A stretch of 53,075 bases of DNA, the filler included, from Sphacelaria rigidula (taxonomy: Eukaryota): assembly GCA_964200075.2 (NCBI GenBank). It is 4 parts of 4 records of this genome, joined end to end, with 100 filler letters (N's around TTAATTAATTAA, not from the genome) between each part and the next. Parts side by side here need not be neighbours in the genome. Positions count along the whole stretch, not along the records: positions 13,297 to 26,489 come from CAXNAA020003077.1; positions 26,590 to 39,782 come from CAXNAA020003078.1; 2 more parts are not named here. One strand, 5' to 3'. A program made the translations under genes and the position numbers. Each line of letters begins with the position of its first letter. The first letter of the stretch is position 1. This document shows, one piece after another, positions 23,001-33,200 of this stretch. The notes under the pieces were generated by a model that saw only the letters and a list, made by a program, of their open reading frames with translations, ran no database searches and was not told the DNA's origin.

Positions 23001-25902
23001 TACAAGTGTTTCGGAAAGGAAGATACCTCAAGTACGTTGTGGTCAAGCTGCTGGATCGTCGCTGCCGCCATTCATCCTCGCCCCTCCCATACCCACCCCT
23101 CATCCAACGCGAGCCTGTTTTATCCGCATTGTTCACCGTCGTAGCTCCTTTCAGCAAAACCTGCTCGCTGTGATATCCCTTACAATCCCTAGTGCACTCC
23201 CATCCCCGGCCCCCAGTGCGCTCCTGTCTTCTACAACCCACCCAGCGTTTGCCTGCTTCGAGAAGTCACACGTACTCGCTCTCTACCCGCCACGCGTCTC
23301 CAATTTTTGTACTCACGGTGCTCTTCGACCGAAACACACGCTTGCACGCCCTCCTTCCTTCCTTCGCCTCGTTGGTGGTCATGCTCTACCCAGCACATGC
23401 CGGGGTCATCCAACCTCGCCCTTGCGGATGCCGCCATGGGCAGTAGTAAAACGGACACGACGCCGAACGCGTCAACCGGCGCAGGGGGCGATGCGGAGAT
23501 GGACGACGATTTACGAGCAGCTCTCGGAAAGTTGGTGCGGTCCAAGGGGTTCATGTGGCTCGCCTTCAGTGACGATGCGGCTATGTACTGGTCGCACGCT
23601 GGTGAGTAGACGATACATGGAGAATTATACAACACCGACTCCGCCCGACGAAGAGCAAGTTCCCTTCACCGGTACTGCTCTGGGGCACGCATTTTTTTAC
23701 GGAGAAGATGTTATTCGCTCAAGCCCCCACTACGGATATTCGAATGTATCATGGTGTCACCACTGTTCACGGCGATCGGGATGTGTGCTGGATCACTGGG
23801 CGGCTATGACCACGGAGTTGTGCTCGCCTTGTTTCTTGTAGTGTAGCGGATATACGGCGAGCGAATTATGTTCTTCTGAAAAATGCTGCTGAAAGTCACG
23901 GATGAATCGTCACTAGTCCGTAGTGAGGGATTTCGGAGCGAGATGCTTCGAAATCGAAGAATGGTTCCTGGTCCGATGCCAGCTATAGCTAATAGCTTTC
24001 ATGGTGCAATGAACCGTTCAAAAGGACTCCTCTGCGAAACGATTCGTAACTCATCTCTATTTGTCTTGATCCAAATATTTTTCTCATGAGTTTCTCACCA
24101 GTGAGATTCACCTGTGAAAGCATGCGTACAAAAGCTGAGGTAAAAATGACAGTTCTCTGCCATGTGGAGCTACGTGTATTGCATCCCCCCCCCTCCCCCC
24201 TCATTAGTATTGATTGCGAGCCTGGTCCGGCGAAAACCCGGCGTGCTTCGTCCCAGCTTTGTAGAGATGCGAGGTCAATGGCCATGTGATGACGAAATGC
24301 AAGATCATCAAAACACCCCCCCCCCCCCCAGACAAAAGTAAGAGGCATGATGCTCAGACGCAAAGTAGACGAGGAAGAACACCTGAAGATATATGGGGGG
24401 TTGAGAGAGGGGATCAGGATGAAAACATATCTGCATAGCCCCATGGACGCGACGAAACAATTGAAACTGCGATTTCGGGTGGAGGACCTGGACCTGCCAG
24501 AAAGAAGAAGATATACCAGTAGTCGTGTGGAAGAGAGAATAGATGCACAGAACTGCCCCTGTGGCAAATCAATAGAAAGCAGAAGTCACACTGTATAAGG
24601 AAAAACAGGACGCGCTAGAGGGGAAAATGCGGGACGTGAACGAAGGTGGCATGAAATCGTTTGATGCATGAGACAAAAGGGAGGAAACGATGGTTAAACT
24701 AGGAGATGGATTGTGGTCACAGACGACGAAAGAGGACGGAGATGAGATGTAAAGAAGGTTTTCGTGTAATGTATGAAAGAAACGTGAGGCGCACCGAAAT
24801 TTTGGAGGTGTCTACCGTATATTAAGAGTAGGAACGGTGCTCCGTCTCGAAAGGGATGCGTGGTCGATGGTCGAACTACTAAGGTAAGCAACAAATGAGT
24901 ATACTCCACCTTCCCCCCCAAGCAAATCGGGGTGTGTACAGTAGTGGGCGGTCTAAGTATTTAGGGGTGTTTTGGGGCTTTCCTCGCTTACTACTCTTCG
25001 ATAGGACTCGAAATTGCTAGCGTCGGTAGATTTTAGTACAATGAATAGATCATCTTCGAAACACAGTGCCGAAGTCAGTGTTAGTTGGTTTTATCAGGCG
25101 ATACGAGTAAATACCCCGTTTATCAGGCGGGTGTTATTGACCGTGAAAGACAAGTTTTCGGCTCTAGCGCAATGAGAAGGTAGAATTTCATAAAAAGTAA
25201 ACTGTACATTTCTTCGCAAATATGATTGGGACAGGCCCGATCGACCGACAATATCGAAGAGTAAGAATCTGGGCTGAAACGTGGCAGGACCGCCGATAAC
25301 CGGTCAGCCCGTAAGTCACCCGATATTGAGTACAGATGATTTCTTTTTCTTGGAATGTGAAGCGGATACAAATATCTTCAGATTCCCGATGTTATGAGCA
25401 GTGGAAAGCGAAAAGAGCTCAAGAAAATCGCCAATTGCGAAAAATTCACAGAATGCCACAAAATGATTAGTTAGACCGCCCACCACTGTAATCCGTGGCT
25501 GTCTCTGGAAGTCGCAATACCAGAAAATGGAGCAAGTCATTCGAGGCCGTCATTCGTATGCAAGATGATCAGTACACTTCGGGCCGCATAATTTTACAGG
25601 ATGCAGCTCACCTTTCATGCGACTCGCCGAACGCATCACAGCACTTCCCGCTTTGTGATTGATTGCGAGCCTGGCCCCGTGAAAATACGGCGTGCTCCCG
25701 GGTTTGTAGGGATCCGCGGCCAGAGGTCAATGCTCGTCTGTCTACGGCATGCAAGATCATGAGTACACCCCCCCCCCCCTCACGTCCTCTAATCATGACA
25801 GGCGCCAGCTTTGAGATTTTGTGTCTAGGGCGGTGGTGGGATAGCCTGGCGCCGGAAAACTGGCCACCAGGTCAAGAGGAAGCCATAACAGAAGATTTCG
25901 AG
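14035..25902 (+). CDS. COG0523/CobW-family (ZNG1-like) metal-chaperone GTPase, internal and C-terminal-domain exons (partial at both ends)
   Basis: Exons 14035-14109, 15720-15786, 17245-17438, 18367-18510, 20933-21067, 23394-23601 and 25802-25902 splice in frame with GT-AG: VECADVLVLNKMD (G4 NKxD)...ILMALNPHAKILGCTYGKVD...His-rich linker...RFGIDNFVYRQRRPFHPERL...LVRSKGFMWLA...YWSHAG-ASFEILCLGRWW, typical of CobW and CobW_C domains. Confidence 0.9.
15190..15259 (+). mobile_element. Retroelement 3' end with (TAA)n tail (family D)
   Basis: CCACGGGTTCGAGAGATCGGGTTAATGTG followed by (TAA)n; an inverted related copy lies at 50083-50140. Confidence 0.55.
15322..15398 (-). mobile_element. Short poly(C)-tailed retroelement fragment (family B)
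   Basis: G-run, TGTAGTCATGATCATGCATGACATAGTCATGAAGACCATTGACCTCGCA, then a second G-run. Confidence 0.7.
17846..18260 (-). mobile_element. Family C repeat, copy 2, (CAAT)n-tailed
   Basis: (GATT)5 then the same blocks as 3031-3290; right boundary approximate. Confidence 0.7.
19795..19999. mobile_element. MITE, hAT-type, 205 bp fold-back with 8-bp target-site duplication
   Basis: Begins CAAGGGCAGATCGAGTAGAGTA and ends TACTCTACTCGGTCTGCCCTTG; imperfect inverted symmetry runs about 85 bp inward; CTACTTTT is duplicated at 19787-19794 and 20000-20007. Confidence 0.85.
20654..20911 (+). mobile_element. Poly(C)-tailed LINE 3' fragment (family A)
   Basis: Aligns with 24651-24919; ends GGAACGGTGCTCCGTCTCGA..GGGATGCGTGGTCAATGGTCAAACGACTAAGGCAAGCAACAAGTGAGTACG plus a C-run; preceded by TCCCCGCCCCCT. 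Confidence 0.8.
24209..24329 (+). mobile_element. Poly(C)-tailed retroelement 3' fragment (family B)
   Basis: Family B consensus between C-runs at about 24185-24200 and 24316-24329. Confidence 0.75.
24331..24919 (+). mobile_element. 5'-truncated non-LTR retrotransposon (family A, longest copy) with decayed ORF2 C-terminus
   Basis: Encodes LKIYGGLREGIRMKTYLHSPMDATKQLKLRFRVEDLDLPERRRY...CPCGKSIESRSH, like the Cys/His motif after the RT domain of LINEs; broken frame continues to RNGAPSRKGCVVDG..K* just before a C-rich tail. Confidence 0.75.
25657..25778 (+). mobile_element. Poly(C)-tailed retroelement 3' fragment (family B) next to a CobW acceptor
   Basis: Family B consensus ending GATCATGAGTACA plus C-run, about 22 nt before the acceptor AG at 25800-25801. 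Confidence 0.75.
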
Positions 25903-26129
25903 GTGGGTGTTTGAAATGAAAGTTGACCGAACGCACTTTCTCGCTGATTCCTGACTACTTTGTACTTGCTGGTTTCTCATGCATACACTTGTACTGCTGC
26001 TTGATTTTCCCCTGAGGAGTGGTGAGCATGGCGCTCGTTTTCATCACATTGCTTGTTCGTCGCTTCGATTTGTCTTTGGTGTGTGTCTCGTGTTTCTTGC
26101 TATGTAGTGTCAATTTTCGTTGACTTTCG

Positions 26130-26206
26130 CTCCAAGATTCGAACCCACGACCCAACCGTCAGAAGGTTTCGAGGTTACCAACTGAGCCACCGACCGGGGC
26201 GACCAC
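26130..26206 (-). mobile_element. tRNA-derived SINE head
   Basis: Minus strand has an A-box (GGTGGCTCAGTTGG) and B-box (GGTTCGAATC) without a clean cloverleaf; related copies at 35360-35423 and 39883-39942. Confidence 0.65.
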
Positions 26207-26489
26207 TGTTAATATTACGTAAAAACATTGTTAGTAGGAACAAAAAACGTGCGAAAACAGAAGTGCGAGAGAAAAAATGTGAATTGTAATCTTAGTTTTA
26301 CCCGTCTACACGATATTTTCATCTGCAGTTTTCAGACAAAACCAACGGGATGGCATGTGTAGTGACATGCATTGGGCACACCGTACAAAAGCTGGCAACT
26401 GTGGCTTTCCAACAATGAACAGCCGATTTTATTTTTTGGGGTTCATACAAAATATGAGGCTGAAGTGGCATATCTCTCTTGCACGGAAC

Positions 26490-26589
26490 NNNNNNNNNNN
26501 NNNNNNNNNNNNNNNNNNNNNNNNNNNNNNNNNTTAATTAATTAANNNNNNNNNNNNNNNNNNNNNNNNNNNNNNNNNNNNNNNNNNNN
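26490..26589. other. Assembly linker between contigs
   Basis: 44 N + TTAATTAATTAA + 44 N. Confidence 0.97.
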
Positions 26590-26650
26590 GGATGCGTGGT
26601 CAATGGTCAAACGACTAAGGCAAGCAACAAATGAGTACGCCCCCCCCCCC
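26590..26650 (+). mobile_element. Family A LINE 3' tip, cut by the gap
   Basis: GGATGCGTGGTCAATGGTCAAACGACTAAGGCAAGCAACAAATGAGTACG plus C-run. Confidence 0.8.
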
Positions 26651-28314
26651 TATCGTAGGATGACTCGTAGGTCATGATGTAGAAGTGAGCGGTGTCATGA
26701 AGTTATATATTTATTTTCTCGAATAAAATCTACTTTCGTAAAGAAATGTGAATGACATGTAATTCCAGAAATATAAATTAGTATCCAACTATTTTTTTTA
26801 AATACTATTAATTAAATTTACTTTACCTTAAAGTATACTCTATAATAACTATTATTTACAAATTTGAAAATATCATGAAATAACTCATGATCAAAATTAT
26901 CATTATTAAATAACAGAAACAAATACTTTTTTATTTATTAAAAAAAAACATCATCTGCCTGTCCACATATGCATTCACTGACGTCTCACGCAGTCTGGAC
27001 CGAGGGGACTCCGTGTTTAGGGCGTATCGATGGCATTACCCAAAATCTGTTTTCACTTCGTGCGTCTGGCGCACCACGTAGAACATGTCGCCACTCCGTG
27101 AATATACTGTTTGTGTTGTGGTCTACCTCTGTGCCAATTTTGCAGGCTGGTTCGTTCAGACACGGCGGAGAAATCCACAAGCAAAGTAACAGTTGACTTG
27201 TACTGAAAATACTGTACTAAGCCATCGAATGATACATGAGGTGCGTACTCGTACGATTCTCCCTGTCATCCCTGACACAAGGACATCTCTGCGCCTGTAC
27301 TTCACAGGTGCATCCTGTGGGGGAACTCTCTGTTACGGGTTGCATGATCACAGGGATTTTGCCCCCCCCCTTTGCCGGTCCTACACACGTGACCAACAGT
27401 GGGAACGTTTGCCCACGTGTGTGCCTTGTTCAACTCGTCAACGGCTCATTGCACGGTCTTGTGTTTGCTCCTGACTAACGCCAAGGCAGTGTTCAATTGT
27501 TTCCAACTGCATTGCTCTCGTGTTCACGTGACATTGGCGGCATAACCGGTGTGCTCGTGCTCTCAAATGAACGAGAACCCGGCAAAGGGAAACACGGGGG
27601 GAAAATACCCCGCCAACAATCACCCTGCTGCTTGAAGTTTTTCACGAACTTGATAAGGCTTTTGTGGTTCGGGATCGATACCCCCCCAAAAAAACCAGTG
27701 TGGGCGACTTTCGATGGCCAGGACACGCGCCACAGGTATCAGATGACACCCAAACCTGGAAGGTAATGTACCGCTGCGCCTTCTTCGTGCACTGCAAAAG
27801 AAAGCGCGTGAGAAGATGCCTTGCCGCCTAGAAAAAACTCGGCAAAAGTGGTAGAATGATCCATGTCCACACACACACATATATATATAAGGATTTCTAC
27901 TGTCTACGGCAGCTGACCGCATCCGCCAACGCTTCGGCAAAAAATCAGGGGACACACGGCTGGATGCTCCCCCCCCCCCTCCTCCCTCAAAAACTCGAAT
28001 TATCGATCTTGGGGCCTACGTGTCCTGAATTTCGTTTTTCGCTGCCCCCTGGTCGATCATAGGTACATTATTTCCCACCTGTGACTATGTAGTCATAAAG
28101 CGAATCAAGCGTGCGTTTGCCCTCCTGTGATTCATACCCCATGAATCAAGAGTACATCCCTTCTACCTGTGTCATGGAACTCGCCATCAAACTGGCACAT
28201 TTCCCGTACTTGATTCGTTCGAGGTGAGTCAGCCTGACGTTTCCCCTCATCACACATCCGCTAGAGTCAGATTATAATCCGTCGTTCAGAGATATTCATG
28301 ACACGATTCCTGTA

Positions 28315-28437
28315 GGGGAGGGCGGGATGGGTGCTCATGATCATGCCTGCCATAGCCATCAGACCATTGACCTCGCATCCCTTCAAAGCCAGGATGGAGC
28401 ACGCCGGGTTTTCGCCGGACGATGCTCGCTCTCATTC
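28315..28437 (-). mobile_element. Poly(C)-tailed retroelement 3' fragment (family B)
   Basis: Reverse complement of the family B consensus with a degenerate G-rich tail at 28315-28331. Confidence 0.7.
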
Positions 28438-30287
28438 ACCAAGCGCGAAGCGCCGTTGTGTTAACGCGAGTCGCATGAAGGGTGAGCTTCATCCGGCGAA
28501 GATTATTTGGTCCGAAGCCTACTGATTATCTTGCATTTGGATGACAGTGTACAATGAGCTGCTTTTTTGTCTGGTATCGCCACTTCCTGAAGCAGTCACG
28601 GCTTACAGGCTGCCTCATCGGTGTTTCACTATTTGAACACTACGTGGTACGATCATCCCCTTTGTGAGGAGTTGAGGTTTCCCACGCCGCACAACATGAT
28701 CTAGCTGGACTACTATCATGGTTACCGCAAAAAAACGTAAGCGCGCGAAAAAAACGGTGACCTGGTCGCCTAGCTTACGCAGTGAGTGGCGTGTATTACA
28801 GCGTCATCGCCAACCGACGCCAACCTCATCGGGAGTTGTGTAGAGAAACTTTCGGGGCAGGTCCTGGCCGTCTCTTCATTACCAGATCTCGAAAAGCAAG
28901 CAATTGACTACGGTTTTTTAAACAATCTAAATCTGAGGAGTAGCAGTACGCTCGCTCAATGTTTTGTTGCCAGCGGCGACGCAGTTGCGTATCTAGAGCG
29001 CCCTGTTTTCCCGGTGGGGAAAAAACTTGCGCAAGCGCAGGCCAACCCACGTCGGTATGAACTCACCGTTCATATTTTCAGGAGCAACAACAGAATACGC
29101 AATAGTATTGAAATGTAGTCGAGGAAATATTGGAGACAGTTTACGACATGCCAAGTTATGTACATGAAGGCTAGAAGCGGCGAGTTCAATCCACGAGAAG
29201 TGCTGTTATGGAATGGCTTCATATGATCTGTGTCATCTCTGGAACACACAGCTTCTCGAGTGGGTGTTCAAAAGCAACGCATTCCGCATCATAGCCTTTT
29301 CAGCGCAGTTGGGAACGTGGATGGTACATTTCTATTGCGTCTTCTCCGCCCGGTGTTGCGCGGATCGCCATTCCGTCCGCTTGTTTGGTTGTTCATCATG
29401 AACAGACGGGGTACACTGCACCTTCAAAAGACCGGAAGTGAAGCACCGTTCCAATACCGTCTGAGACTACGGTACACAGACAAAACTGCCAGGTAGCCTG
29501 AACGTTTCGGCTTTCGATACGAAAGGGAATGCCGCTCACTGACACCAAAGAAGACACCCTTGGCGGACTCCACGGGTATGCTTCGGGGCCATGCATAGGG
29601 ATGTACAACTCAACCTCTTCATCTATCCCCCTGTACATGCAACACGTCAACACTACACGCTCACGCAAGGGCCGTCCTTTGTACAGCACAACAGCTCATG
29701 AGTTTGTGTGAACTGGGGTTTTCGTCTTTCTTGTACGAGAATAACCCTACTGTAGGAGGACGTTTGCGACACAGAGATGAAAAATCAGTTGCGATGCTTC
29801 CATCTCTTTAGTACACGGAAATACGTCGGTTATCACGGGTTATATCTGTATATCTATTGAAGGGTAGCAGTCTATAGTCCAGCCCGCTTTACTGCGTTGC
29901 GCCCGGCGGCGTTGCTTGTTTTCGACGATACGGTGGTGGGCACCCGAACGGAGGACCAAATCGGGTGAAGAGCGCTTGCAATGCGGGCAATCACCCCCGA
30001 TCTATTGACCATACTACACGCTCAAAAACGCGCACTAAATACGTGACCAAAACGTGCCAAAAGTGACCTTGGGTACGTGCGACCGAAGCCAACACAGTAT
30101 CTAGAATGAGACTACGGTTCAGAGACAAATCTACGCACTAGAGATAAGCCCTACCACGTTACTAAAATACGAAACCACCCACCACACGTTGCCGGGCCAG
30201 AAATGTTTTGGGGGGATAAACATGAAACAACTTCCCCCGCTCTGGATCGTGTCACGAAAAAACGAAGAGACCTCTAGTCAATGACGC

Positions 30288-33200
30288 CTACAGGGACGCC
30301 AGGGTAGCCAAAACCTCCTCGGAGTGCTTGGCTACCTTGCCTTCTACATCGGTGAACACCTGACACCAAAGCGCGACAAAGCGTGCAGGGGGGCAGGAGA
30401 ACGCGGGAAGTACACAGCATGAGGTGCAAGTTTGATATGATTCGCGTCATGAAAAAGGGCAAAGGGGCCCGATCTGATAAAATGTGCAGGGGGTCAAGAG
30501 AGGTGCGTGAAGTACACAGCACTAGGTGCAAGATATAATTTGCGTCATGAAAAAGGCCCGAAGACCCCGATCCGACGAACATCGAGTCTATTTGGATGGC
30601 GATCGTTGCAATGGTTTGATGATGGTTTCGTCACCGAGATCACTAGTAGCCCGTGGCGAGAATGAATGCACCGAGGAGACCCCAGCCGCTCAAATCCAGG
30701 CGAAAGCTTGTGTCTAGAGGGCCTGGAGAGACTTCATGCCCTGATCGTCTGAGTTCACGATGCCATGACGTGATCCAGTGTTAACGACTCAGTTCAGCTA
30801 GAGGTACAAAAAAGTTCAAATCGAAAAAAACGAGGAGAGCAGGCGTTGTACGGTAGTGCTGCATCATTGAGGTGGAGAACGCCAGCCTACAGCAGTGGAA
30901 GGCGCGATTCAACCCAGCAGTACCATGACACTCGAAAATTCAGGAGCTGTTGGAATTCATGCCACAACACGGTGATCTCTGCATGTACACGCCTTTATGG
31001 GCGTCAGTGGTATGCAAGAATGCTGCAGGGTCGTATCGCATGACACGATAAAACGGTGCGCCTCCCACGCATGATAGCGACATGAAGATGTCACAGGTAG
31101 CGAGCGCTCAAGCACCCGTTTCGTGTCCACCATGTACGGCTCTACGATAACATACGGCTCGCTTGTAGGGTGATGATGGGAGATTACTGTACGTGCATAC
31201 ACATGTGCTTTCGAAATCAGAGACGTTATCACACGTATATTACATTATATGAGTATGACATAGCGCATGTGCAGCTTGTGTGTTGACCAGTAATGGCAGG
31301 ACACAATCTACTGCAGGATACCACGGAGATGTGGGTCACCCAGTGTACATTACTTTTACTGCCTGTACATGATACCTGTAGGTCACCTACGGTATACCAA
31401 CAACAAATATCACAATACAATACGCCACCATTAGATACATTTGATTATAGACAACCAATTATTCATTTGCGAAGTAATTATCGCTTCAAGTACAATTCCA
31501 ACCCTCCTCTCAAATAGTACGTGTTCGCCTGAAAACTAGCCCACGCGTACGGTCTGTCTCACCTTTTCGATTTTTCCGTCTGACCCGATGATGAACGTCA
31601 GGCGGTTGGCAAATTTGCCCATGAACGGGATGTCGAGTTTGGATCCGTATTTGTCGGCTACGTTAGCTCCCACGTCCGATAAAAGCGGGAACTGAAGTCC
31701 ATAGGACTTTTCGAAGTCTAGGTGCTGTTGCGCGGCGACAAACGAAAGGCGACAGGGGGAGCCGAACACAAAACAGGCATGAATTCAACCAAAAGAAACC
31801 CAGGGGAGACATTAAAACCCAAATAAATGAAACACGAACTCCAGGACATGTCAAGGTGACGCATGAACAACCGGAAGTTATCACGGAGAAGACACAGTAT
31901 ATTTTCATCACCCCAAGAGGTGTTGTATATAGGATATCCAGAGCACTCACCACGTTACGAAATCACGTTCGGAGACTTTTGTCGAATGGGTGACGTGCTT
32001 GCATGAAACAAGACACATGCCGCTGGACGTTATTCCGTCATGCGAAGTGATTTTGTGAATCAGAGATCTAATTTTCAATTTGTCACCGACACCACTTCAC
32101 TTGAACCATTAGTTCGGTTTTGGTAGCTCACGGGGAGGGGGGGGGGCGTACTCATTTGTTGCTTGCCTTAGTCGTTTGACCATTGACCACGCATCCCTCT
32201 CGAGACGGAGCAGGAGGGGGGGGGCATTTCCCCCCCCTGTTTTTCACGAGTTCGCATTCATCAACTCTAGAAGCTCGCGTGAATTCAACTCGAAACATTT
32301 TTCCTTCGCCGAGAAGGTATGGAGGAGTAAGTTGCAAACAATTATTCTTGAAGGATCAGGTTGTTTGGTCTTATTCGGGGATGGTGACGACAGGATTGTA
32401 AAGCGATCCCAGACTTCGCCTGAACTGGTCCAATACCTTCGGGTTGTTTCTCAATGTTTCCCAGAGAGACTCTGTGGCGCGAAGAAAACGACGGCAAAGT
32501 TTTGAAGACGTTTCGCTGAAACCAAGACAACAAACGGCTCGATATGATCCCATGAATCATCTACGGATACCTTTGCCCATGCCGAAAAGTCGCGTTTGGA
32601 ATGCACTTGGAAAAAATGGAGAGGATTTTACCGGTCCCAGTAAAATCCGGCGAGTTACATCTAGTTGCCGACGCAACGCTGCTTCTTTTCTGATAAATAT
32701 GCCATTTGGAAAACTTATCTCCCTAAATTCCGAACATGATCATTTTTTGTGTTGCAACCTTTTCCAAATAGAAGCGAACCGGGATGCATGTGCCGTCAAC
32801 AATGTTTCCGTGAGATAGAGAAGATGATACGATTGAGAGTTAGAAGCGGCCAATTACTGAATGAATGGTTAAGTTGCGAAGTGCGCCTCCACGAGGCCCG
32901 ACACCCTTCTTCTAGTAGCTTGCCACCGAAGCCCTTGATATCCCTTACATGGGTATCGCCGTGTAGCTGTAAGCACGCGCAGCATCACATGCCGAAAAAA
33001 GCACAAAGAGAACAAAACAGTGGTCTACTTACAGCAAATGATGAAACTCACGCTCAATCGACGCTCTGCTCTCAACCTCACGAAAACCTTGTTAGTTTTG
33101 TGTATATTTCTCCAGAGGGACATCGGTACACTTGCTTCCAACAGTAAAAATTTCTCGGTGTCTCCAGGCATTGGACATTAACCTAAACTGTGCAAGCCGA

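Noticed and set aside
23170-23841. Longest ORF (223 aa) as a gene
   Set aside because: Shadow frame over the real CobW exon 23394-23601; no recognisable motifs.
12964-25902. PP1-CobW fusion gene
   Set aside because: The pieces are on different contigs, and both the PP1 catalytic core and CobW Walker A/CxCC exons are absent.
26130-26206. Functional tRNA gene
   Set aside because: A and B boxes are present, but I cannot fold acceptor and anticodon stems and the copies are diverged, as expected of a SINE.
26700-26950. AT-rich island as foreign DNA
   Set aside because: Short, non-coding and near a contig end; nothing else supports transfer.
32230-32800. Possible hAT transposase C-terminal relic on the minus strand (NPLHFF...DFSAWAKV)
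   Set aside because: Resemblance too weak; no SSxxxERxFS motif visible. Needs a translated search.
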